Of a stretch of 64,000 bases of DNA, positions 49,316 through 58,293 are shown one piece after another. The notes under the pieces are model-generated. The model searched no databases and had not been told where the DNA came from. It saw only the letters and a list, made by a program, of their open reading frames with translations. Numbering within the stretch: the stretch's first letter is position 1; each line of letters starts with the position of its first letter. The translations under genes and the position numbers were made by a program. Source of the DNA: Planctomycetota bacterium (GTDB lineage: Bacteria > Planctomycetota > JAJSAM01 > JAJVHW01); contig CBDFJG010000003.1 in assembly GCA_965248445.1 (NCBI GenBank), positions 1,216,001 through 1,280,000 of the forward strand. The letters are read 5' to 3'.

Positions 49316-50984
49316 CCCGAATCGTTCACCAGCCGGGAATCTGAGCGGGCCGTCGTCTGTCTAAGTGCTCGTACTCGCTAGTACTTGCACCGACAGGAGC
49401 GCCGGCCCGATGACGACAGACTGTAGCCCGCAGGGGACCCTCTTCGCGGGCATCTGTGGACGCACCGCGGTGACGCGCTTCGACGCCGGTACCGTGACGA
49501 GCGACGGGGGCGTGCTGCTGCTCGAGCGGGTCGATCGTCGCATCGATCTGCTCTCGCGGTTTGCGCGCTGCTTCGGGGACCACCGGGACCCGCGTCGGGT
49601 CGAGCACACGGTCGGCCAGATGCTGCGTCAGCGGGTCTTCGGGCTGTGCGCGGGCTACGAGGATCTGGTGGACCACGACCATGTCGGCAAGGACCCGCTG
49701 TTTGCCGCGGCGTGCGGCAAGCGCGAGGGTGCTCTGGCCACGCACCCGACGCTCTCGCGGCTCGAGACCACGCAGCTCGGCGCCACGGCACAGACGCGCT
49801 ACGCCAAGATCGAGATGGACCAGGAGCGCGTGGACAGCGTGCTCAGCGACGTCTTCTGCGAGGCCATGGGGCCGGAGGATCCGGGCCTGCTCGTGCTGGA
49901 CCTGGACCACTCCGACGTGCGGCTGCACGGCCGGCAGGAGGGCCGCTTCTTCCACGGCTACTACGGGCACTACTGCTACCTGCCGCTGTACGTCTTCTGC
50001 GGCGAGCACCTCTTGCTCGCTCGGCTCCAGACCGCTGACAGAGATCCCGCGCGCGGAGTCGTGGACGAGCTCCGTGCGCTGGTCTTACGTCTGCGGCGCC
50101 GCTGGCCCCGGGCCAAGGTGCTCGTGCGCGCAGACTCGGGCTTTTGCCGCGAGGAGCTGATGGCCTGGTGCGAGGCCGCCGGCCACTTCTACCTGCTGGG
50201 CATGGCGCGCAATGAGCGCCTTGAGCGACACGTCGAAGACGCGCTCGATGAGGCCGCAGCCCGTGCCGTGCAGACCGGCCGAGCAGCCCGGGTCTTTCGC
50301 GACTTTGCCTGGACCACGCTGGGGAGCTGGAGCCAGAGGCGTCGCGTGGTCGCCAAGGCCGAGCACCTGCCGGGCGGCAAGCGCAATCCCCGCTTCGTGG
50401 TGACCAATCTGCCGCCTCGTAGCTGGAGCAGCAAGCGTCTCTACGAGCAGCTCTACTGCGCCCGGGGCGAGGCGGAGAATCGCATCAAGGAGCAGCAGCT
50501 CGAGCTCTTCGGCACCCGTCTGTCGGTGCACACGATGCAGGGCAACGCCGTGCGGATGGCCATGTCGGCCATGGCCTACGTCCTGACCTGTGCGCTGCGA
50601 CGCATCGGTCTCGCCGGCACCGAGATGGCGCGTGCGCAAGCCGGCACGATCCGCCTGCGGCTGCTCAAGATCGGCGCGCTCGTGCGGATCACGACGCGCC
50701 GGATCTGGGTCTCGATGTCCTCGTCGTGGCCCTGGCAGCACGTCTTCGAGCGCTGCGCGCAACGACTGCTGGCATCCCCGAAGCCGACCTGACGTCCCGC
50801 CGCGCCGTCCGCCACACCACCGCCCGGCCTACGGTCTGCCCACACCGCAGAATCCGCGCCGTTTCGGCCGCTCACTCGCGTTGCCCTTGTGGCAACGACG
50901 ACAGCATCCGCCCTCGCCTGGCCAAGATCTGACCCTGTGGACTCCGAAAGCACCGTCATCGCGACGTCTCGTGAACAGATGCGG
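49316..50984 (+). mobile_element. IS1380-family insertion sequence (~1669 bp)
   Basis: Imperfect IRs CCCGAATCGTTCAC / GTGAACAGATGCGG, flanked by CTAG direct repeats (49312-49315, 50985-50988). Confidence 0.88.
49410..50792 (+). CDS. IS1380 DDE transposase (appears intact)
   Basis: FDAG.VTSDGG, GYEDL.D, LDLD, HG.QEG.FFHGYY..YCYLPL, VRADSGF, Y.ARGEAENRIKE. Confidence 0.93.
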   Translation: MTTDCSPQGTLFAGICGRTAVTRFDAGTVTSDGGVLLLERVDRRIDLLSRFARCFGDHRDPRRVEHTVGQMLRQRVFGLCAGYEDLVDHDHVGKDPLFAAACGKREGALATHPTLSRLETTQLGATAQTRYAKIEMDQERVDSVLSDVFCEAMGPEDPGLLVLDLDHSDVRLHGRQEGRFFHGYYGHYCYLPLYVFCGEHLLLARLQTADRDPARGVVDELRALVLRLRRRWPRAKVLVRADSGFCREELMAWCEAAGHFYLLGMARNERLERHVEDALDEAAARAVQTGRAARVFRDFAWTTLGSWSQRRRVVAKAEHLPGGKRNPRFVVTNLPPRSWSSKRLYEQLYCARGEAENRIKEQQLELFGTRLSVHTMQGNAVRMAMSAMAYVLTCALRRIGLAGTEMARAQAGTIRLRLLKIGALVRITTRRIWVSMSSSWPWQHVFERCAQRLLASPKPT

Positions 50985-51937
50985 CTAGAAGGGCAGCGGG
51001 CTTGCAGGCTCGTCGGCGTAGACCTGTTCGTACGTGCGCGGCGGCGTCTTCGCCGCGATGCCGAGGACCGTCTGGAACGCTGCCTGCGGCGTGCGTCTCC
51101 TGTTGAACCGGAACGTGAACTCGTCGAGATACCGCTGCAGGTGCTTCTTCGAGACCCGGCCGTGGTGCGTGCCTACGAGCCAGGTCTCTTGAGGTTGGAG
51201 AAGACCAGGTGCAGGTGCCTCAGGACGTCCGCCTGCGCCGCGCCCATCATCGTGGACTCGATCCCGTGCTCGTAGCCGAGTTTCTCGACTGCGTCGTAGG
51301 TCTCGTGGCCGTCGGTCACGACGAGCGCCCCACGCTCGATGCTGTCCTTGACGAACGCCAGCAGGTGCGGCTTCGATGAGGCCGGCACGTGGCGCAGCCG
51401 GATGCGTCCGGGCTGTGTACCTCTCTTCGTCGGACGCACCTCGACCGCGCCGACCACGACGGCCTTGTCTGCCGCGGTGCGCTCCTCTCGGCCTCGAAAC
51501 GGCGCTCCGATCAGCGCCTCGTCGACCTCGACGACGCCGAACAACTGCGCGCGCTCCGGCGCGACCATCGCAGATCGCAGTTTCTGGAGCATCTGGTACG
51601 CGGTCTCGTAGCGGGTCAGACCGAGCTGTCGCTGGAGTGCGAGCGCAGAGACGCCCCGCTTGTCCGTCGTCATCAAGTACGCGGCCCACATCCAGGACTT
51701 CAGCGGCAGCCGGCTGCGATGCAGCACTGTGCCCGCGGTGACCGACGTGATCAGGTCGCAGCCCACGCACCGCATCGCTCTTCGATCTGGACGGGGCCAG
51801 TACTTCTTGCCGCCGCACCGGCGGCAGCGGAACCCGTCGGGCCAACGACACTGCACGAGGTACTCGAGGCACTGCTCTTCCGTCGCGAACTGCTCCGTGA
51901 ACTCCACGATGTTGCGAGGGTAGCCCGGCTTCGGCAT
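50985..51937 (-). pseudogene. IS1595 (ISXo2-like) transposase with frameshift at ~51186
   Basis: Zinc ribbon (RWPDGFRC..C), VEVDE, VTDG, FSNLK; then TWLVGTHHG.VS.KHLQRYLDEFTFRFNRR in another frame after an extra AG. Confidence 0.88.
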
Positions 51938-51988
51938 GCGTCCGAGACACTACCCCTTGGGGTCACGGTCGTCAACCGGATATGCATG

Positions 51989-52229
51989 CCTTCAGGTGGG
52001 CGGTGATCTTCGCCTTCAGCTCATCGTGCAGCTTCTGCTGCTTCTTCTGCTGGGTGATGATCCTCTCGACGAGCGCGGCGTGCGACGCGAGGCCGCGGTT
52101 GTACTGAGAGATCTGCCTGCGCAGGTTCTCCTTCTCGAGTTCGAGCAGCGCCTCGGGGCTCTTCTTCTCGAGCCCTCCGACGAACAGGGCGAAGAAGCCC
52201 TTGATGAGGTTTCCGAGTCGCTTGAACAT
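51989..52229 (-). pseudogene. PspA/IM30-family gene, truncated after ~80 codons by IS1595
   Basis: MFKRLGNLIKGFF....LEKKSPEALLE...coiled coil...AHLKA runs into the IS end; the C-terminal half is not found in the window. Confidence 0.75.
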
Positions 52230-52346
52230 GCCCGTCTCCCTGAGTGCGCCGCGGCCCGAAAAGGGGGCGCGGCCGGACACTCTACGAGCCCGCCGCTCCC
52301 GTTCGAAAGGGGGAACCGCCAGGCTCGGACGGGGGTTCGGTCGAGG

Positions 52347-53153
52347 TCAGAACGAGTCGTACCTACGGCGCTCCTCGACCTCGTCGCAATCGACGCTGCA
52401 GATCGCCTCGAAGGCCTGCCGGGCATGGGGCTTGACCGGCACGCTCTCGTCGCCGACAGCCGCCCTCTCGACGCGCCACGGACGCACGCCCGGGAAGACC
52501 CAGAGAGTGCGGAGCCGGCGCTGCGTGAGCAGGACCTCGCCCGAATCGCGGTTCGCGAGGACGACCTCCTGCGCCCGCCAGGCGATCGCCTTGGCGAGAC
52601 GCCCCGCCACGAAGTTGCCCGCCAGCAGCAGCAGGCCGACGAGGGCGAAGATCGCGATCCGGGACTCGACGTTCGCGCGCGCCTCCCCCGCCACGATCGC
52701 ACGAGCTGTGTTGCGCAGGTACGCCCACGCCGTCAGCGGTGTGAGGAGACCGAGGGCGAGAATGAGACAAACCGGGTTGCCCAGCTGCCAGAGCGCCGCT
52801 GCGCCCGACATCGGCACGGCGAAGCACGCCACGAACGTCGCCCATGCCGCGCCGAGTCCGAGGAGACCCGACGCTGGGATCGCCCACCAGCCCACCCGCT
52901 TGCGGAAGAGGTGCCAGAGGAGGAGGCCGGCGATGCCCGTCAGAGTGAAGAGCTGGACGTACGGTGTGATCCAGATGGCGCCCGACACGGTGTCGTAGTC
53001 CGGCGAGTGCGCCACGACCGTGCGGTCGAGTGCGATCCCCGCGATCGGCAGAACAACACCGAACGTCAGGTCGAACGCAACGGTCCGGCGGGTGACGTCA
53101 CCGCGTGCGAGCCAGCGCAGGATGCGGACGGGAATCGACAGCCAGGCGGACAT
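52347..53153 (-). CDS. Hypothetical multi-TM membrane protein
   Basis: About five hydrophobic segments; 268-aa ORF. Confidence 0.65.
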   Translation of the reverse strand: MSAWLSIPVRILRWLARGDVTRRTVAFDLTFGVVLPIAGIALDRTVVAHSPDYDTVSGAIWITPYVQLFTLTGIAGLLLWHLFRKRVGWWAIPASGLLGLGAAWATFVACFAVPMSGAAALWQLGNPVCLILALGLLTPLTAWAYLRNTARAIVAGEARANVESRIAIFALVGLLLLAGNFVAGRLAKAIAWRAQEVVLANRDSGEVLLTQRRLRTLWVFPGVRPWRVERAAVGDESVPVKPHARQAFEAICSVDCDEVEERRRYDSF

Positions 53154-53196
53154 CTCGTCGTAGGGCTTGCGCGGAGAATGCTCGTGCGCGATGGCG

Positions 53197-53760
53197 TCAG
53201 TCTGTCCGGTCGCCCTTGCCCTTGATCTTGATCTTGCCGCGGAACGTCTGCCCCGCGTTGGGGCCGGCCGTGATCGTGCCCTCGACCGTGTACTTCAGCT
53301 TGAGCCGCGGCTTCTGGAACTTCTTGTTCACCTTGAACTTGCCACTCACTTCGACCGACGTGAAGTCGACGCCATCGGGGAAGCCGACCTTCGGCTTCTT
53401 GCCCTTCCACGTCGTCCCGCTCCCGAGCGCCCCGTAAAACGCGTTCAGCTCGCCCACCTCGTTGCCGTCGGGGCTCGCGCCGGACTTGCGGTCGCTCTCG
53501 TCGGTGAATTCGCCGGGGAGGTTGTAGAGAGTCGCGCCGATCTCGTAGCGCAGCTTGAACGTCAGCAGCGAGTTGAACGCGCCGACGTCGGTGCTGGCGT
53601 CTTTCGCCTTCGCGACGACCTTGTCGTCGTCGTCGTAGATCTTTCCGGTCATCTTGAACGCCAGCTCGAACGAACCGGACGTCAACTCGCGGGCATCCAC
53701 GTCGCTCGCGAGCGTCAGCGCCAGCCCCACCGCCAGCCCGTACTTGAGTGCCGTCTTCAT
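53197..53760 (-). CDS. Hypothetical secreted Lys-rich beta-strand protein
   Basis: Signal peptide MKTALKYGLAVGLALTLASDVDA, GGAGGT SD. Confidence 0.75.
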   Translation of the reverse strand: MKTALKYGLAVGLALTLASDVDARELTSGSFELAFKMTGKIYDDDDKVVAKAKDASTDVGAFNSLLTFKLRYEIGATLYNLPGEFTDESDRKSGASPDGNEVGELNAFYGALGSGTTWKGKKPKVGFPDGVDFTSVEVSGKFKVNKKFQKPRLKLKYTVEGTITAGPNAGQTFRGKIKIKGKGDRTD

Positions 53761-53824
53761 CGCATCACCTCCCCTCGGGTCGCGGGCGGCATGCGCCGCG
53801 ACGCGGAGAGGATAGACGAACGGT

Positions 53825-54478
53825 TCAGCCGGTGCGCCGGTGCAGTCGCGCGAGCACGCTGCGCGCCGCCGTGCGCACCTCGGGGATATCGTGCTTCAGT
53901 GCGCGCACGACGCCCTCGCGGTACTCGGCGAGGCCCAGTTGCCAGAGTGCTGCGCGGTACGCGAGCCGCGCGATCGGAGAGCGCTGCCGCCGCAACGCTT
54001 CCCGCAAGGGGGAGATCGCATCGAGCGCGCCCATGCGACCGAGAGACGACGCGCAGGCCACCCGCACGCACGGCGCCCGATCGTCCAGGCCCTCGATCAG
54101 CGGGAACATGCCCAGGGGGTCGGCAAGTTCACCGAGAGCCTCCGCCGCTGCCTCGCGCACGACCACGCGTTCGTCCGAGAACGGGATCAGCAACGAGTCG
54201 AGGGGCTCGTACTCGTAGAGGGTGATCGCTCCGTCGACCGCTGCCAGACGGACGTCGACGGAGCGATCGTCGAGGGCGAGCCAGATCGCGCTGTCCGCCC
54301 GCTCGTCGGCGACGCCGGACAGACCGCGAACCGCGGCCGCGCGCCTGACGGGCTCGCGTGCACGGGTGGCGTCGAGCAGCTCGGCGAGAGCCGCTTCGTC
54401 ACCGCGGGCCGCGCGCGCACCGAGGCGCACCAGCCCGCCGAGCGTCCGCCGCGCCTGCCGGGGCGCTGCGGACGTCAC
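53825..54478 (-). CDS. HEAT-repeat protein
   Basis: VRRAAAVRGL, VRLAAVDG, VREAAAEALGEL, VRVACASSLG. Confidence 0.78.
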   Translation of the reverse strand: MTSAAPRQARRTLGGLVRLGARAARGDEAALAELLDATRAREPVRRAAAVRGLSGVADERADSAIWLALDDRSVDVRLAAVDGAITLYEYEPLDSLLIPFSDERVVVREAAAEALGELADPLGMFPLIEGLDDRAPCVRVACASSLGRMGALDAISPLREALRRQRSPIARLAYRAALWQLGLAEYREGVVRALKHDIPEVRTAARSVLARLHRRTG

Positions 54479-54758
54479 TTCGGACGTCGTTGGCGACAGA
54501 ACCTGTCCCTCGGACTCACTCGACCCGTCGGGATGGCTGCGCCACCCTCCTCCGGCGCCCCTCAGAGCTCAGCACCGGCCGGGTCCAACCCCCTAGATCG
54601 GCAGGAGCGCCGGAATCTTCCAATCGCCACTCTTCGAATTGCCGACCGGATCGCGCGGCCGATATGTCCGCTCAACCTGACGCCCGGGCTCAACCAGGTG
54701 CATGACCTCCCCTTGGTGGATCGTCGCCGGGGCCGCCCGCGGAGTTACGCTCCGCGTC

Positions 54759-56528
54759 GTGACGCACGCGTTCTGCCCCGATCCGTACGTGCCCCGCCGG
54801 AGGCGCACCCACGTCTGCCGCATCGGCGACGTTCCGGTCGGCGGCGACCACCCGATCGTCGTGCAGTCGATGACGACGACCGACACGCTCGACGTGGACG
54901 GCACCGTCGCCCAGACGCTCGCTCTCGCGGAGGCGGGCAGCGAGATCGTGCGGATCACCGCACCGACCGTCAAGGCAGCGCGAGCGCTGGCGGAGATCCG
55001 CGACAAGGTGCGGGCGGCCGGGTGCAACGCTCCGCTCGTAGCCGACATCCACTTCACACCGGCCGCGGCGATGGAGGCGGTCAAGCACGTCGAGAAGGTG
55101 CGGGTCAATCCGGGCAACTACGTCGACTCGAAGCGCTTCCGCCGCCGCGACTACACCGACGAGGAGTACGGCGCCGAGATCCGCCGCGTGCAGGAGCGCT
55201 TTCGCCCGCTCGTGCAAGAGGCCAAGCGCCGCGGCGTAGCGCTGCGTATCGGCACGAACCACGGGTCGCTGTCCGATCGCGTGATGAACCAGTTCGGCGA
55301 CACGCCGCTCGGCATGGTCGAGTCGGCGCTCGAGTATCTGGCCGTCTGCGAAGAAGAAGAGCACCGCGACGTCGTGCTCTCCATGAAATCGAGCAACCCG
55401 CAGGCGATGGTGCAGGCGTACCGCATGCTCTCCGCGCGGCTCGACGTGCTCGGCTGGCCGTACCCGTTCCACCTCGGAGTGACGGAAGCCGGCGAAGGCG
55501 AAGACGGACGTACGAAGAGCGCGATCGGGATCGCGTCGCTCCTGCGCGACGGCATCGGCGACACCATTCGCGTCTCGCTGACGGAGCACCCGGTGCGCGA
55601 GGTGCCCGTGGCGCAATCGCTGCTCCGGCTGGTGGGGCCGCTGCCGCTCGACGAGGAAGGGCCGTTCGCACCACCCGCGACGCCGTTGCCGTTCGATCCG
55701 TTCGAGTACGCGCAACGCGCAAGCGAAAGCCGCCCCTTCGGCGCGCACAAACTCGGCGGGGACGGTCCGGTTGTCGTGATGGTCGCACTCCGCGCCGGAT
55801 TCCCGGCGCAGGCCGACTGCATCGATCGGCTGCGAGTCCTCGCCACCCCGGCTGGTCCCGGGATTCCCGCGCTCGAGGGGGTGCTGCTCGAAGACGCGGA
55901 CTCCGCACACGCGGACCGGCTTCGCGGATCTCTGCCCGGTGTCGCGGTCTGTCTTCGTTCCGAGCTCGCCGTACGCGAATCGGTCACCGGCTACAGGCGG
56001 CTCGCCGTGGAGTCCGGCCGCGATCCGCTGGTTCTGGTTCTCGATCTGCCGGCAAACCGTGACGACGCGCTACTCGAAGCGGCGGGCATCGCGGGACCGC
56101 TGCTCGCGGACGGAGTCGGCGACGCGCTCTGCCTCGGCGGGGCCCACGAGCCGGAGGATCTCCTGCACCTGACGCTCGGCGTGCTGCAGTCGTCGCGACT
56201 GCGCAGCTCGCGCACCGAGTACATCGCGTGTCCAGGCTGCGGGCGCACCCTCTTCGACCTCGAGGAAACGACGCAGCGCATCAAGGCGCGCACCGGCCAC
56301 CTCCCGGGCGTGAAGATCGCCGTGATGGGTTGCATCGTCAACGGCCCGGGCGAGATGGCGGACGCAGACTTCGGATACGTCGGGAGCGCGCCGGGACTCG
56401 TGAACCTGTATGTCGGCAAGGAGATCGTGCGCCGCGGCGTCGCCCAGTCCGACGCAGACGACGAGCTGATCGATCTGCTCCGCGAACACGGCGTCTGGCG
56501 CGAGCCGCAACCGCAAGCGGCGGGCTGA
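54759..56528 (+). CDS. ispG: (E)-4-hydroxy-3-methylbut-2-enyl-diphosphate synthase, long form with insert domain
   Basis: VQSMT, PLVADIHF, RVNPGN, RIGTNHGSL, HLGVTEAG, GIGDTIRVSL, CPGCGRT, VMGCIVNGPGE. Confidence 0.97.
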   Translation: MTHAFCPDPYVPRRRRTHVCRIGDVPVGGDHPIVVQSMTTTDTLDVDGTVAQTLALAEAGSEIVRITAPTVKAARALAEIRDKVRAAGCNAPLVADIHFTPAAAMEAVKHVEKVRVNPGNYVDSKRFRRRDYTDEEYGAEIRRVQERFRPLVQEAKRRGVALRIGTNHGSLSDRVMNQFGDTPLGMVESALEYLAVCEEEEHRDVVLSMKSSNPQAMVQAYRMLSARLDVLGWPYPFHLGVTEAGEGEDGRTKSAIGIASLLRDGIGDTIRVSLTEHPVREVPVAQSLLRLVGPLPLDEEGPFAPPATPLPFDPFEYAQRASESRPFGAHKLGGDGPVVVMVALRAGFPAQADCIDRLRVLATPAGPGIPALEGVLLEDADSAHADRLRGSLPGVAVCLRSELAVRESVTGYRRLAVESGRDPLVLVLDLPANRDDALLEAAGIAGPLLADGVGDALCLGGAHEPEDLLHLTLGVLQSSRLRSSRTEYIACPGCGRTLFDLEETTQRIKARTGHLPGVKIAVMGCIVNGPGEMADADFGYVGSAPGLVNLYVGKEIVRRGVAQSDADDELIDLLREHGVWREPQPQAAG

Positions 56529-57001
56529 TGCGGGACGCGGACTTCGTGCCGCTCGACCCCGGACCGCTGCGCGACGGGGACCTCGTGCTGGCGCTATCCA
56601 ACGTCGAGGGGAACGACCCGGCCCGCAATCGGGTCCCGCGGTACAGCTTCGCGATGCAGAACGCTGACACGGGCGAGGTCATGGGCCGGATCCGACTGCG
56701 GATCACCGATGGGTGGGAGTTCAGCCACCACAACGGGCACATCGGATTCGACGTGGACGAGGCGCACCGAGGACGAAGGTACGCTGCGCGCAGCGCCCGC
56801 CTGCTGCTGCCGCTCGCCCGTGCGCACGGACTGCCGGAGATCTGGATCACCTGCGGTCCCGAGAACGCGGCATCCGCCCGTTCCTGCAAGCTCGCCGGGG
56901 GCGTCTACGTGGACACCATCGAGGTGCCCGACACAGCCGAGATGTACGCCCGTGGCATCCGCCTCCGTGAGCGGTACAGGCTCGACACGGGCGCCGCCTG
57001 A
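56528..57001 (+). CDS. GNAT family N-acetyltransferase
   Basis: GRIRLR, GHIGF.V...HRGRRYA, ITC.PEN.AS; TGATG overlap with ispG. Confidence 0.82.
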   Translation: MRDADFVPLDPGPLRDGDLVLALSNVEGNDPARNRVPRYSFAMQNADTGEVMGRIRLRITDGWEFSHHNGHIGFDVDEAHRGRRYAARSARLLLPLARAHGLPEIWITCGPENAASARSCKLAGGVYVDTIEVPDTAEMYARGIRLRERYRLDTGAA

Positions 57002-57044
57002 CAAGTGCGGCATGGCGCGAGGGTTTGGTAGCGTTCCGCCCTCA

Positions 57045-58289
57045 GTGGCAACCCAAGAAAAGCGGATCGACGATCTTCTCGCGAAAGCGATCGACGGAGG
57101 GCGGCTCACGCCCGATGAGGGGCTCGTCCTGCACGAGGAAGCCGACCTCCTGGATCTCGGCCTGGCCGCTCACGAGGTGCGCAAGCGACTGCACCCCGAG
57201 CCGGTCGTTACGTACATCGTCGATCGCAATGTCAACTACTCGAACATCTGCGACAGCTACTGCCGTTTCTGCAGTTTCTACGCGGCGCCGGGATCCAAGA
57301 ACGGCTACCTGCTGACACGCGCAACGCTCAAGAAGAAGATCGAGGAGACCATCGCTCTCGGCGGCCGGCAGATCCTCATGCAGGGCGGCACGCACCCGGA
57401 GTGGGACGTCGAGTGGTACGCCGACCTGATCCGGTTCTGCAAGTCGCTGGGCGTGCACGTGCACGCGCTCTCCTCGCCCGAGATCGTGAAGATCGCCGAG
57501 GTCTCCGATCTGTCGATCCGCGACACGATCGCGCGCCTGATGGAAGCCGGTCTCGACTCCATCCCCGGCGGCGGGGCGGAGATCCTGACCGACTACGCGC
57601 GCACTGCGATCTCGCCGCTCAAGTGCACGACCGAAGAGTGGCTGCAGGTGCACCGCGACGCCCACTCGCTCGGCCTGCGCACCACGGCGACCATGATGTG
57701 CGGCCATCTCGAACGCCCGGTGGACCGCGTCGAGCACCTGGACCGGCTGCGCACGCTCCAGGACGAGTCGCACGCGCGCGCCGGAACGACAGATGCCGGG
57801 TTCACGGCGTTCATCGCGTGGCTGTTTCAGCCGACGGCGGCGCTCAAGAGGGAAGAGCCCCACGGGGGCGCCGACTACTTGCGGGTGGTCGCGCTCGCGC
57901 GCCTCTACCTGCAGAACGTCCGCAACATGCAGTCGTCGTGGGTGACCATGGGTCCGAAAGCCGGCCAGATGGCGCTGTGGTTCGGCTGCAACGACATGGG
58001 GTCGACCATGATCGAGGAGAACGTTGTCTCGTCCGCGGGCGTCGCGTACCGAATGCTCTCGCCGGAGATCTGCGCCGTGATCGAAGCGGCCGGGTTCCGG
58101 CCCCAGCAGCGCAACTTTTTCTACGAACCGGTCGAGGCACGCTTCCTCGACACGCCCGAGCGCATGCGCGAAGTGTGCGGAACGAACCCGCGGAATCTCG
58201 CCTTGTCGGCGAACGAGTTCGAACAGGCACCGGCTAATCTCATCTCGGAATCGGCTGATCTCGGGAATCGGCTGATCTCGGGAAGGTGA
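57045..58289 (+). CDS. mqnC: Cyclic dehypoxanthine futalosine synthase (radical SAM)
   Basis: VTYIVDRNVNYSNICDSYCRFC, LMQGG.HP, SIPGGGAEIL, QSSWVT.G, GSTMIEENVVSSAG. Confidence 0.9.
   Translation: MATQEKRIDDLLAKAIDGGRLTPDEGLVLHEEADLLDLGLAAHEVRKRLHPEPVVTYIVDRNVNYSNICDSYCRFCSFYAAPGSKNGYLLTRATLKKKIEETIALGGRQILMQGGTHPEWDVEWYADLIRFCKSLGVHVHALSSPEIVKIAEVSDLSIRDTIARLMEAGLDSIPGGGAEILTDYARTAISPLKCTTEEWLQVHRDAHSLGLRTTATMMCGHLERPVDRVEHLDRLRTLQDESHARAGTTDAGFTAFIAWLFQPTAALKREEPHGGADYLRVVALARLYLQNVRNMQSSWVTMGPKAGQMALWFGCNDMGSTMIEENVVSSAGVAYRMLSPEICAVIEAAGFRPQQRNFFYEPVEARFLDTPERMREVCGTNPRNLALSANEFEQAPANLISESADLGNRLISGR
58242..58284 (+). repeat. 17-bp-period tandem repeat in the last codons of mqnC
   Basis: atctcggaatcggctg atctcgggaatcggctg atctcgggaa. 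Confidence 0.7.
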
Positions 58290-58293
58290 TCAC

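Larger units (their letters stand above)
49297..51988 (-). mobile_element. IS1595-family element with IS1380 nested at its right end (boundaries approximate)
   Basis: End motifs nnnGCATATCCGGTTGAC (minus strand, ~51988) and nnnGCCTACCTCGAC (~49297); no target duplication seen. Confidence 0.65.

Noticed and set aside
51180..51195. Programmed frameshift in the IS1595 transposase
   Set aside because: The shift is an extra AG in AAG-AG-ACC with no slippery heptamer; IS1595 transposases are normally one ORF, so mutation or sequence error is more likely.
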